The notes under the pieces: model-generated
What the model saw: the letters and a program-made list of their open reading frames with translations, nothing else
Told to the model about the DNA's origin: nothing
The model's database searches: none
Part shown: positions 38,726 to 47,868 of the stretch, one piece after another
Layout of the letters: each line of letters opens with the position of its first letter
Numbering within the stretch: the first letter of the stretch is position 1
Position numbers and translations under genes: made by a program
Source of the DNA: Nitrospiraceae bacterium
GTDB lineage: Bacteria; Nitrospirota; Nitrospiria; Nitrospirales; UBA2166
DNA: 64,000 nucleotides
Direction: 5' to 3'
Assembly: GCA_002726235.1 (NCBI GenBank)
Contig: PBSN01000008.1
Coordinates: 2,088 to 66,087 of the forward strand

Positions 38726-40921
38726 GTGAGTGTCCTAGCATTAGAATGTGATCGTATTGAGGACGTGATTGGCCGAGTCCTCGCGTATCATCCGACCGCC
38801 GATGTCGATCTTCTTCAACGTGCCTATGACTTTTCTGCACGAGCACATGAGGGGCAACAGCGTCTCTCAGGTGAACCATATCTCAAGCATCCGCTTGCGG
38901 TTGCGTCGGTCCTCTGCGCACTACGACTCGATGTTCCACCTATTGCTGCTGGGCTTCTTCATGATGTGGTTGAAGATACGGTTTGCACCTTCGAGTGTCT
39001 TGAGAATGAATTTGGTGAAGAAATTGCTCGTTTGGTTGACGGGGTCACCAAGATTGGAAAAGTCGAATTTAAGAGTGATGAAGAAAAACAAGCTGAGAAT
39101 TTTAGGAAGATGCTTCTGTCGATGGCCGATGATATTCGAGTCATTATCATTAAGCTTGCCGACCGCCTTCACAATATGCAAACACTCAACCATCTACACC
39201 CAACACGTAAGGCAGAAATTGTCCGTGAGACGCTAGAGATTTATGCCCCGTTGGCGAATCGTCTTGGGATTGGGTGGATAAAAAATTCACTGGAAGATTT
39301 GTGCCTCAAGTCGTTGTGGCCAGAGAAATATGAAATGCTTAGCAAGAAGGTGGCCAAACGGATTCAAGAGCGAGAAGCCTATGTCGATGAGGTTACGGAA
39401 TTTGTCAGTCAAAAGCTTCTGGAGCAAGGGATCAAAGCAGATATCACAGGTCGACCAAAGCATCTTTATAGCATTTACCAGAAGATGGAGACGCAAGGGA
39501 TTTTATTCGAGGAAGTATACGATTTGACCGCTATCCGTGTGACTACCGACACTCTGATTAATTGTTATGGCATCTTAGGGATTGTTCACTCACTGTGGCG
39601 GCCAGTTCCTGGTCGATTTAAGGATTATATTGGTGTCCCCAAGTCTAATCTCTATCAATCTCTCCATACCACGGTGGCAGGACCGAGTGGAGAGCATGTG
39701 GAGTTTCAGATTCGTACTGAGGCAATGCATCGTGTTGCGGAAGAAGGGATCGCTGCCCACTGGCGATATAAGGACAAAGGTAAAGTTAATACAAATGACG
39801 AAAAGATCTTTACGTGGTTGCGCCAATTGGTGGAATGGCACCGTGATCTTTCGGACAATCGCCAGTTTATGAATTCAGTCAAACTTGGTCTGTATGCCGA
39901 TGTGATTTATGTCTTTACGCCTGAAGGTGCTGTCAAAGAGCTTCCCGCAGGTGCAACGTCAATCGATTTTGCCTATGCGGTTCATACCGAGGTCGGTCAC
40001 CATTATTTTGGTGCGAAGGTAAACGGAAAGATCGTGCCGCCGTCCACGACGTTACATAGTGGTGATTCAGTGGAAATTCTAACTTCCACGACGAGTGTTC
40101 CAAGTAAGGATTGGTTGAAGTTTGTCCAAACCCCATCGGCTAAAACGAAGATAAAACACTGGATTCGTGATGCAGAGCGAGTGCGCAACGTTGCCCTTGG
40201 GAAGAAACTGGTTGAAAAAGAAATGCGTCGGCAAGGTATGACGCATCGCGAATTGATAGAAATTCAGGAATTTTCTGTCCTCGCAAAACACATTGGGTTC
40301 CAGTCTACAGAGGAACTGCTAGGAGCTGTCAGCGTAGGAAAGGTTTCTGTTTCGCAAGTTGTAAAATGGATGATGGATAAGTTGAAAGGGGGGACTGGTG
40401 TCGATGATGGTGAACTCTTGCCGCATGATCGAAGCGTCAAGGTTCGAGGTGCGAGTGGGCTTCTATTTCACTTTTCGCGTTGCTGTAATCCTGTTCCCGG
40501 AGATCATATATTTGGATTTATAACCCGTGGACGTGGAATTTCAATTCACGCCTCATGGTGTCATAACTTAGATATTTTAGAATGCCATAAAGAGCGGTTT
40601 GTGGATGCGGAATGGGATGTTTTGTGTGATCGCACCCACCGAGCGGGCATCTCCGTCTTGACGGTGAATCGACCGGGCCTTTTGGCCAGCGTGTCCTCTA
40701 CCATTACAGCGGGGAATGTCAATATTACTTCTGCTGATATCGCAGAGACCCATGATGCGAAGGCTGCACAGAATTTCGTCGTTGAGGTGCGGCATGCGTC
40801 TCAGTTGGAGCTAGTGATTAAAAGTGTTGCGGAACTTGAGGGCGTGTTTTACGCGAAACGCGTCCCAGTCCGTCCCTTTGGCTCTCATCGATTTCGACGT
40901 TCCCTTCCTCCCAAGTCGTAA
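38726..40921 (+). CDS. rel: Bifunctional (p)ppGpp synthetase/hydrolase (RelA/SpoT homologue)
   Basis: HD hydrolase domain (HPLAVASVL, LHDVVEDT), a synthetase domain (YQSLHTTV, FQIRT), then TGS and ACT-like C-terminal domains. 731 aa. Confidence 0.95.
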   Translation: MSVLALECDRIEDVIGRVLAYHPTADVDLLQRAYDFSARAHEGQQRLSGEPYLKHPLAVASVLCALRLDVPPIAAGLLHDVVEDTVCTFECLENEFGEEIARLVDGVTKIGKVEFKSDEEKQAENFRKMLLSMADDIRVIIIKLADRLHNMQTLNHLHPTRKAEIVRETLEIYAPLANRLGIGWIKNSLEDLCLKSLWPEKYEMLSKKVAKRIQEREAYVDEVTEFVSQKLLEQGIKADITGRPKHLYSIYQKMETQGILFEEVYDLTAIRVTTDTLINCYGILGIVHSLWRPVPGRFKDYIGVPKSNLYQSLHTTVAGPSGEHVEFQIRTEAMHRVAEEGIAAHWRYKDKGKVNTNDEKIFTWLRQLVEWHRDLSDNRQFMNSVKLGLYADVIYVFTPEGAVKELPAGATSIDFAYAVHTEVGHHYFGAKVNGKIVPPSTTLHSGDSVEILTSTTSVPSKDWLKFVQTPSAKTKIKHWIRDAERVRNVALGKKLVEKEMRRQGMTHRELIEIQEFSVLAKHIGFQSTEELLGAVSVGKVSVSQVVKWMMDKLKGGTGVDDGELLPHDRSVKVRGASGLLFHFSRCCNPVPGDHIFGFITRGRGISIHASWCHNLDILECHKERFVDAEWDVLCDRTHRAGISVLTVNRPGLLASVSSTITAGNVNITSADIAETHDAKAAQNFVVEVRHASQLELVIKSVAELEGVFYAKRVPVRPFGSHRFRRSLPPKS

Positions 40922-41084
40922 CAAAAGTACCTTTCGCAGCCCCTCTAGCGTATTGGTTGGGGCATGGGATGCCGCGCCTTTCAGCTTACAGATGAGTTGG
41001 TGGCTACCGCAGTCTACTACTCGTATATTTGCAGGGTGTTCAGTGCTTTTTTTGAATCAGGCATGTATGTGTTGTGGAACCGTG

Positions 41085-41573
41085 ATGCAAAGAAGGCATT
41101 CAGATTCCCATGACCGCGGCAAGTTGATCGTGGCGAGCAGAATTAGTGGATTCATCGTTCTAGTTCTATCGTTACTGCTATGTTTTGTTCCACCTGCGTT
41201 GGCCACGGTTTATGCTCTTCATATCCAGGACGATGTAGATGGAGGGTTCCATGAGTCTCTGTATGTCATCGTTGTTGCTGAGGCCCCCGATGAGAATGTC
41301 GCACGGATGATGGCGTTTGTGATCCAAGAAGTAGTTCGGCGCCCTCTTCACCTCTATCGTGGTGATGACAGGGTCATGATTGTCCTCACTGGCCATCCCA
41401 TTTCTTTAGCGGATGCGGAGATTATTGGAAGAGATCTCAAGTATCTTGCCCTCTTTCAAGATACCCCATATCCCCGCTTTCACCCTGTTCAATCAATTGA
41501 CTATTGTGATCAGACTCGGCGTTGCCTTGATATCTCTGAATCCAATCAAGACCAGTCGAGGGCGGATATTTAG
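41085..41573 (+). CDS. Hypothetical small secreted/membrane-anchored protein
   Basis: The track ORF (40824..41573) overlaps the rel 3' end. The in-frame ATGs at 41067 and 41085 precede a signal-like segment, ISGFIVLVLSLLLCFVPPALA|TV. I recognise no family, so this rests on ORF length and the signal peptide alone. Confidence 0.45.
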   Translation: MQRRHSDSHDRGKLIVASRISGFIVLVLSLLLCFVPPALATVYALHIQDDVDGGFHESLYVIVVAEAPDENVARMMAFVIQEVVRRPLHLYRGDDRVMIVLTGHPISLADAEIIGRDLKYLALFQDTPYPRFHPVQSIDYCDQTRRCLDISESNQDQSRADI

Positions 41574-41755
41574 GACAACCACTCTCCCCCCATCTACACG
41601 ATTTTGTTCCGATATTCCATCGTAACGAGGTTTGCCAGTAGTCCTTCGGAGGATTAGAGGGCTTGCCGAGGTAGAATTCTCGACCCTGTTCAGTGTTCGA
41701 ACTTATGTCGACTGTGCGCTTATGCATGCTGTAATTTATTGGATGTTATCCACGC

Positions 41756-41770
41756 TGTGGGTAAAAGTGG
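41756..41770 (+). promoter_or_regulatory. Upstream copy of the 15-mer TGTGGnTAAAAGTGG (putative operator half)
   Basis: TGTGGGTAAAAGTGG at 41756-41770 matches 41907-41921 (TGTGGATAAAAGTGG) at 14 of 15 positions, 151 bp apart. Confidence 0.35.
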
Positions 41771-41870
41771 TAGCTAGTTGATGTAGTTCTTTAACCTGTG
41801 CCATAAAAGGCGAAATCAAGTAGTAGCGCAATATACCTGTAAGTACGCTATAAATTTGACAATTTTTAGT

Positions 41871-41898
41871 TTGACATCCATGGGTGGTGGCGTATACT
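41871..41898 (+). promoter_or_regulatory. Candidate dcw-cluster promoter (TTGACA-N16-TATACT)
   Basis: TTGACA at 41871-41876 and TATACT at 41893-41898, about 80 nt upstream of the rsmH start. A second TTGACA lies at 41856-41861. Confidence 0.4.
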
Positions 41899-41906
41899 TT
41901 ACGAAA

Positions 41907-41932
41907 TGTGGATAAAAGTGGGAGGTAATGGA
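41907..41932 (+). promoter_or_regulatory. MraZ-box-like direct repeats GTGGA-N5-GTGGG-N5-ATGGA immediately downstream of the -10
   Basis: The pentamers at 41908-12, 41918-22 and 41928-32 have a 10-nt pitch. The site contains AAAGTGG. Architecture compared from memory with published MraZ operators. Confidence 0.35.
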
Positions 41933-41979
41933 TTGGTTATTTGGAGAAACTTTAAAGTTGTTTTAGCTCGTGTTGCATA

Positions 41980-42894
41980 TTGAATTTGGAAAATAGAGAA
42001 AAGCACGTACCGGTTCTGAAGGATGAAGTTATTGAGTGCCTTAAAGTCGGTCGTGGTGGTGTCTATGTTGATGGAACGGTTGGTGCTGGTGGACATGCCG
42101 AGGCACTCCTTCGGGCTAGTGCGCCGAATGGAATTGTCATTGGGGTCGATCAAGATGACGACGCCATTAAAGTAGCCGAAGAGCGTCTAAAGGAATTTGG
42201 AACCCGTTTTCAGCTGATCCATGGAAATTTTGAGCAACTTGCTCAATGTGTTCAATCAGCTGGGATCGATGCGGTGAACGGAATTGTTTTGGATTTGGGA
42301 ATCTCCTCGATGCAGCTTGATGATCCCGCAAGGGGATTTAGCTTTCAGTCTGAAGGTCCTTTGGATATGAGGATGGATCAGAGGATTTCTCGGATGGCAT
42401 CCCACGTGATTAACGATACTTCAGAAGTGGAACTTGCCAAAATCTTTGCTGAGTACGGGGAAGAACGATATGCACGACGCATTGCACGCGGTATCGTGCA
42501 ACGCCGCGTTAAGCAGCCCATTCTCACGACGAGTGCACTTAAGGATATTATTCGGTTTTCTGTGCCTTCGCAGTATCGGTCTGGACGCCTGCATTGCGCC
42601 ACTCGGGTGTTTCAGTCATTGCGTATTGCGGTGAATGGTGAGCTTGATGTGTTGTCTCGTGGTATCCAGCAAGCGGTTTTGCTTCTTTCCCCGGGCGGAA
42701 GGTTGGGTGTGATTACCTTCCACTCTTTGGAAGATCGTATTGTAAAGCAGAGCTTTCTGGCCATGGCTCGGGCTGCGCAACCAACGGTTGTTCGGCTATT
42801 CAAAAAACCGATCTGTCCCTCGGAGAAAGAACGACGCGAGAACCGAAGATCGCGGAGTGCAAAATTTCGTGTAATTGAAAAGGTGGCGGTTTGA
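41980..42894 (+). CDS. rsmH: 16S rRNA (cytosine1402-N4)-methyltransferase RsmH (MraW)
   Basis: HVPVLKDEV N-terminus, DGTVGAGGHA SAM motif and DLGISSMQLD. TTG start. First gene of the dcw cluster here. Confidence 0.93.
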   Translation: MNLENREKHVPVLKDEVIECLKVGRGGVYVDGTVGAGGHAEALLRASAPNGIVIGVDQDDDAIKVAEERLKEFGTRFQLIHGNFEQLAQCVQSAGIDAVNGIVLDLGISSMQLDDPARGFSFQSEGPLDMRMDQRISRMASHVINDTSEVELAKIFAEYGEERYARRIARGIVQRRVKQPILTTSALKDIIRFSVPSQYRSGRLHCATRVFQSLRIAVNGELDVLSRGIQQAVLLLSPGGRLGVITFHSLEDRIVKQSFLAMARAAQPTVVRLFKKPICPSEKERRENRRSRSAKFRVIEKVAV

Positions 42895-43148
42895 AAGTCA
42901 TCCTCGGCAGTGCATTGCTTCTTTTTCTGATGTTATTTAGCGTCTGGGAAGATCAAGAGATAGTCAATCTGGGATATGCGACCGAAGAGATGAGACTTGC
43001 CAAAGCCCATCAATACGAACGGCAACAGGCATTAATGGGGAAATACTATGGCCTCATTTCACTTGATCGCATTGAAAGACGTGCGATGACACAACTTGGG
43101 CTTGTACGGCCTCAGGCAGGTCAGGTTATTCTAATGTCCAAGCAATAG
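42891..43148 (+). CDS. ftsL: Cell division protein FtsL-like (small bitopic protein)
   Basis: 85 aa with one N-terminal TM helix followed by a coiled-coil-like segment. Assigned mainly by its position between rsmH and ftsI. TTG start overlaps the rsmH stop. Confidence 0.7.
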   Translation: MKVILGSALLLFLMLFSVWEDQEIVNLGYATEEMRLAKAHQYERQQALMGKYYGLISLDRIERRAMTQLGLVRPQAGQVILMSKQ

Positions 43149-43158
43149 GAGGGTGTTC

Positions 43159-44892
43159 ATGGAATCACCACGTGCCATCCAGCGAAAGAATGGCCGCTTC
43201 ACCTTTTCTATGGTGTGTGTTGTGGTTGGGTTTTGTGTGCTTGCGTTTCGTCTTGTTGAATTGCAAGTCGTTGATTCTCCAGATCTTGCTCGCGAGGCGA
43301 AAGACCAACACCGAAAAATCCACTTGATCGAGCCTGGCCGTGGTACCATCTATGATCGTCGAGAGACTGTCTTGGCAATCAATAGCGATGTGCCATCGAT
43401 CTTTGGCGATCCCCCACAATGTCTTAATCCTCGCGAGACAGCAGGAACTGTCGCGGCAGTGTTAGGGCTTGATGCCGATCATGTCGAGCAGAAGCTCCGT
43501 AGCCCTAAGTCATTTGTCTGGATTAAGCGCCGTATTGATGATCACGCGGTCGAGGCGTTACGTCACATGTCGCTAGATGGAATTGGGGTGATCAGGGAAC
43601 GGCAACGCGTTTATCCCAATGGCGCTCTGCTTTCACATGTTCTCGGTTTTGCTGGTATTGATGGATATGGCCTTGAGGGGCTTGAATGGAAGTATGACCG
43701 ATCCCTGCGTGGAAAACGCGGTCAGCTACTGATGGATCACGATGCGGTAGGACAGCCAATATTTTCTGAAGTTTTAGCAGAGCAACTTCCAGCGGTCGGT
43801 CACGATATCGTCTTGACAATTGACATGGGTCTTCAGTACATGGCGGAAAGCGCATTGGATGAGGCGATCGAGTCAACGCAGGCGAAAGGTGGAAACGTCA
43901 TTGTGATGGATCCGTTTACGGGGGCCATCTTGGCCATGACTGGTCGGCCGACATTTAACCCCAACGCCGTTAGACAGTATCAGCCTGAGCAGTGGCGCAA
44001 CCGGGTGGTCACGGATCCATATGAACCTGGTTCAACGTTTAAGATTGTGGCGGCCGCAGCGGCGTTGAATGAAGAAATATTTCGTTCTGATGACCGTCTG
44101 TTTGCTGAAGATGGTCATTATGACGTCGGGGGAACTGTTGTCCATGATATTCACTCTCGAGGGTGGATGACGTTTTCAGAGGTTATTGAACACTCGAGTA
44201 ATATTGGAGCGATAAAAATTGCACAGCGAGTAGGGGAGGAGACGTTTTCCGACTATCTCCACGCCTTTGGATTTGGGGAGAAGACCGGTGTAGATCTTAG
44301 TGGCGAAAGTTCCGGTATTTTGCGGCCACGAGATCGATGGAGTGGTCGTTCATTGGCGTCACTCGCTATTGGACATGAAGTGGCGGTGACGCCGTTGCAA
44401 TTGATCACTGCAGCGGCGGCTGTGGCCAATGGAGGATCTTTGATGCGGCCATATGTGGTTGCTGAAGTCAGGGATGGAGACGGATATACCGTAATGCGAA
44501 CGGAACCACATGTTCGGAAGAAGGTAATCAGCATTCAAGCCGCTGCCGAACTGACTGAAATTCTCAGCCGTGTAGTATCTCAAGGCACGGCAGGGATGGC
44601 AGCATTGCCTTCCCACGCAGTCGCAGGGAAAACTGGCACGGCTCAAAAAGCTGATCGGAAGCATGGAGGATATCTTAAAGATCAATACATAAGTTCGTTC
44701 TTTGGCTTCTTTCCTGCACGGTTTCCTCAGCTCATCATTCTTGTGGTTATCGATGAGCCGAAGACGGAGTTCTGGGGAGGAAAAGTAGCCGCCCCGGTGT
44801 TTCGGAAAATTGCGGAGCAGGCTGTGCCCTATCTCAATATTTTGCCTGATGTTCCTGGACGTGACATCGCTGCGCTACTTGTCGCAAGCTAG
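43159..44892 (+). CDS. ftsI: Peptidoglycan D,D-transpeptidase FtsI (class B PBP)
   Basis: TM anchor, then STFK, SSN and KTGT motifs. ATG 43159 with AGGAGG 6 nt upstream is preferred over GTG 43153. Confidence 0.93.
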   Translation: MESPRAIQRKNGRFTFSMVCVVVGFCVLAFRLVELQVVDSPDLAREAKDQHRKIHLIEPGRGTIYDRRETVLAINSDVPSIFGDPPQCLNPRETAGTVAAVLGLDADHVEQKLRSPKSFVWIKRRIDDHAVEALRHMSLDGIGVIRERQRVYPNGALLSHVLGFAGIDGYGLEGLEWKYDRSLRGKRGQLLMDHDAVGQPIFSEVLAEQLPAVGHDIVLTIDMGLQYMAESALDEAIESTQAKGGNVIVMDPFTGAILAMTGRPTFNPNAVRQYQPEQWRNRVVTDPYEPGSTFKIVAAAAALNEEIFRSDDRLFAEDGHYDVGGTVVHDIHSRGWMTFSEVIEHSSNIGAIKIAQRVGEETFSDYLHAFGFGEKTGVDLSGESSGILRPRDRWSGRSLASLAIGHEVAVTPLQLITAAAAVANGGSLMRPYVVAEVRDGDGYTVMRTEPHVRKKVISIQAAAELTEILSRVVSQGTAGMAALPSHAVAGKTGTAQKADRKHGGYLKDQYISSFFGFFPARFPQLIILVVIDEPKTEFWGGKVAAPVFRKIAEQAVPYLNILPDVPGRDIAALLVAS

Positions 44893-44921
44893 CAGGGTGA
44901 GTGTAATCACGGGTATTCTCG

Positions 44922-46433
44922 ATGAGGCTGAATGTGTTGCTTGATGGAGTTGAATCGTTGGTTGTATCTGGGTCAATGAATCCTGATATTAGGGCGATTT
45001 GTGATGATTCGAGAGATGTGCAGCCGGGAAGTCTCTTTGTGGCCATTAAGGGCCTGCAATCAGACGGAAATTGTTTTCTGGCCGATGCCGTTTCTGCTGG
45101 GGCGGCGGCGGTCGCAAGTGATAAGTGCTTAGAGAATTTTGGTGGAGAGTTTCCAGACATTGCTGCTGTGCAGGTACGTGACTCCCGACATGCGCTCGGA
45201 ATTCTTGCGCGCAATTTTTATCGTGATCCGTCATCAATGTTAATGATGTGCGGGATCACTGGGACTAATGGGAAAACGACTGTTGGGCATCTTGTCAAAT
45301 CCATTCTCGAGGCGGCAGGGAGAAAGTCCGGGCTGATTGGAACCGTTGGGTATGAAATTGGAGATGAACGACTCACCGCGTCACATACAACTCCGAGTGC
45401 AGCGGTCTTGCAAGGTCTTCTTGGCCAAATGGTGCAGCGGGGCGTGACGGAGGCAGTCATCGAAGTGACGTCTCATGCGTTGGCGCTTTCGCGTACATCC
45501 GGTTGTTTGTTTGACATCGTGGTGTTCACAAATGTGACACGAGATCACTTTGATTTTCACGGCGATATTGAAACCTACTTCAATGTCAAGCTGAGACTGT
45601 TTTCATCGGAGTTGCTAAAACCTGTCACGGATTTCTCGGCCGTTCGAGCGTTCATCAATCTGGATGACCCCTACGGCGAACGAGTGCGTAGTGCATGTAG
45701 TGTTTTGGCGTGGGGCTATGCGATCGACTGTCATGCAGATATACGCGCTGATGATATCGTTATCGCGTTTGAAGGAACTTCGTTTACCGCTCAGACTCCC
45801 ATGGGCAGCTTTGAGGTTCAGTCGGCGCTGCTGGGACGCCACAATGTCTATAACATTCTGGCTGCAATTGGCGTAGGGTTGAGTCGAGGATGTTCTATTG
45901 AGTCTATCCAAGAAGGTATTGCGTCGTTGCGATGTGTGCCTGGGCGTTTTGAGAAAATTGATGAAGGTCAAGGGTACGGGGTGGTGGTTGACTATGCCCA
46001 TACGGATGATGCACTGGATAAACTTTTGAATACGGCGCGTTCTTTAACTGCGGGGCGCCTTATTACCGTTTTTGGTTGTGGGGGCGATCGGGATCAAGGA
46101 AAGCGGTCTGCAATGGGAAAAACTGCATCCACGTTGAGTGATCTCCTGATCGTTACTTCTGACAACCCTCGAACCGAAGATCCAAATCAGATTATCCGTG
46201 ATGTGATGGATGGAATTGCGTCTTCGGAAACCTCCTCTGCGTATGAGGTTATTCCGGATCGTAAAGAAGCCATTGTAACAGCCGTCCGGTCAGCCCGCCC
46301 GGGTGATTTGGTGGTCATCGCTGGTAAGGGACATGAAGCTTACCAAATTGTTGGAGATCGTCGGTTGCATTTTGACGATCGCTGTGTTGTGCGAGAAGCC
46401 ATCGTGAGTGGCCATGGCCAGCTTCACAGTTGA
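44922..46433 (+). CDS. murE: UDP-MurNAc-L-Ala-D-Glu--2,6-diaminopimelate ligase MurE
   Basis: GITGTNGKTT P-loop and the DNPR motif (TSDNPRTEDP), which indicates meso-DAP specificity. Confidence 0.93.
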   Translation: MRLNVLLDGVESLVVSGSMNPDIRAICDDSRDVQPGSLFVAIKGLQSDGNCFLADAVSAGAAAVASDKCLENFGGEFPDIAAVQVRDSRHALGILARNFYRDPSSMLMMCGITGTNGKTTVGHLVKSILEAAGRKSGLIGTVGYEIGDERLTASHTTPSAAVLQGLLGQMVQRGVTEAVIEVTSHALALSRTSGCLFDIVVFTNVTRDHFDFHGDIETYFNVKLRLFSSELLKPVTDFSAVRAFINLDDPYGERVRSACSVLAWGYAIDCHADIRADDIVIAFEGTSFTAQTPMGSFEVQSALLGRHNVYNILAAIGVGLSRGCSIESIQEGIASLRCVPGRFEKIDEGQGYGVVVDYAHTDDALDKLLNTARSLTAGRLITVFGCGGDRDQGKRSAMGKTASTLSDLLIVTSDNPRTEDPNQIIRDVMDGIASSETSSAYEVIPDRKEAIVTAVRSARPGDLVVIAGKGHEAYQIVGDRRLHFDDRCVVREAIVSGHGQLHS

Positions 46434-47859
46434 GGAGTTATTGCTAGCAACGGGAGGACATCTGTTGTCCGGCTCAAGATCAAGACGATCATCTCGTCTG
46501 AGCATTGATAGTCGGACAGCAAAACACGGCGAGTTTTTTGTAGCGATTAAGGGGCAGCGATTTGATGGACATGCGTTTGTTCCGAGCGCACTAAAAAAAG
46601 GGGTAATGGGTGCACTAGTGCATGGTGACTATAGACCATCACTTGCGAGATTGAGACAACGATCTGCCCCGGTCTTGATTGGTGTCGATGATCCCGTTCG
46701 TGCGTTTCAGGATCTCGCCGGGTTTCATCGGAGGCGCTTCGATATTCCTGTGATTGCCGTTTCAGGAAGTAATGGAAAAACAACAACAACGCAGATGATT
46801 GGGAGCATATTGCAAGAAGAGTTTCGTCTTCTGCAGACCAAAGAAAATTTGAACAATCATATTGGAGTGCCGCTGACGTTGTTGCGCTTGACTCGCCGAC
46901 ACCAGGCTGCTGTCCTCGAGATGGGGATTAATCAGTTTGGCGAGCTAACACGGTTGTGCGGGATCGCACGGCCAATGATTGGCGTACTGACGAATATTGG
47001 TCGAGCACACTTATCTGGACTCAAGCATCTTGATGGAGTGGCGCGTGCAAAGGGGGAGCTTGTGGCATCACTTCCCGCAGACGGGTCAATAATACTAAAT
47101 GCAGATGATCCTTACTTTCCGTTCTTGAGTTCCATGGCGAAGGGTCGTGTCTCTTCGTTTGGTTTTGCGCCACACGCCGATATTCACATCATCTGGACGC
47201 GCTCACATCGATCACATCTATGGACCTTTGCTTTGCGTCGGCCTGGGTACCGGCGGCCGGTTGTAGTGCGACTCCCCGTTCCTGGCGGGCATAATATCGC
47301 CAACGCTGCTGCTGCGTCAGCCGTGGGTTTTGTAATGGGAGTGAAGCCAATGTCAATCCGCAATGGACTTGCGCGGTTTCGTCCCATGGCAATGCGAACA
47401 GAGATCGTGCAGTGGAATAATGTGAAGATTCTCAATGATGCCTACAATGCAAATCCTTCGTCAATGTACGTTGCATTGGAGGCGCTGAGTCATATGCCTG
47501 GAAGAGGGAAGCGTATTGCTGTACTCGGAGATATGTTGGAACTTGGTCGTGCAGCCAAAACCGCTCATGAGGAAATCGGAGCTTTGGTCGCCAATTTTGG
47601 TGTAGATCATCTTATTGTTTGTGGCTCCATGGGGGTGCATGTGGCTGCTGGTGCGGTCAAAGCAGGGATGTGTCGCGATCATGTTGAGGTTACGCGTGAT
47701 GGCCCAAACACAGGCTATCCGATGCTTATTGCTTGCCTTACCGCGTGTCTTTCCCCTGGTGATATGGTGTTGGTGAAAGGATCGCGAGCCATGCGCATGG
47801 AACGCATTGTCGAGTGTTGGAAACAACAGTTCCCAATGGCGCGTACGAAAGCGAGATAA
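46408..47859 (+). CDS. murF: UDP-MurNAc-tripeptide--D-Ala-D-Ala ligase MurF
   Basis: Mur ligase P-loop VSGSNGKTTT, NDAYNANP, and its position after murE (26-nt overlap). Confidence 0.93.
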   Translation: MAMASFTVEELLLATGGHLLSGSRSRRSSRLSIDSRTAKHGEFFVAIKGQRFDGHAFVPSALKKGVMGALVHGDYRPSLARLRQRSAPVLIGVDDPVRAFQDLAGFHRRRFDIPVIAVSGSNGKTTTTQMIGSILQEEFRLLQTKENLNNHIGVPLTLLRLTRRHQAAVLEMGINQFGELTRLCGIARPMIGVLTNIGRAHLSGLKHLDGVARAKGELVASLPADGSIILNADDPYFPFLSSMAKGRVSSFGFAPHADIHIIWTRSHRSHLWTFALRRPGYRRPVVVRLPVPGGHNIANAAAASAVGFVMGVKPMSIRNGLARFRPMAMRTEIVQWNNVKILNDAYNANPSSMYVALEALSHMPGRGKRIAVLGDMLELGRAAKTAHEEIGALVANFGVDHLIVCGSMGVHVAAGAVKAGMCRDHVEVTRDGPNTGYPMLIACLTACLSPGDMVLVKGSRAMRMERIVECWKQQFPMARTKAR

Positions 47860-47868
47860 TACGATCCC

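Noticed and set aside
41437-41727. 96-aa minus-strand ORF between rel and rsmH
   Set aside because: It is Trp/Arg/Gly/Ser-rich with no motif. It overlaps the 3' end of the plus-strand signal-peptide ORF and would be transcribed against the flow of all neighbouring genes.
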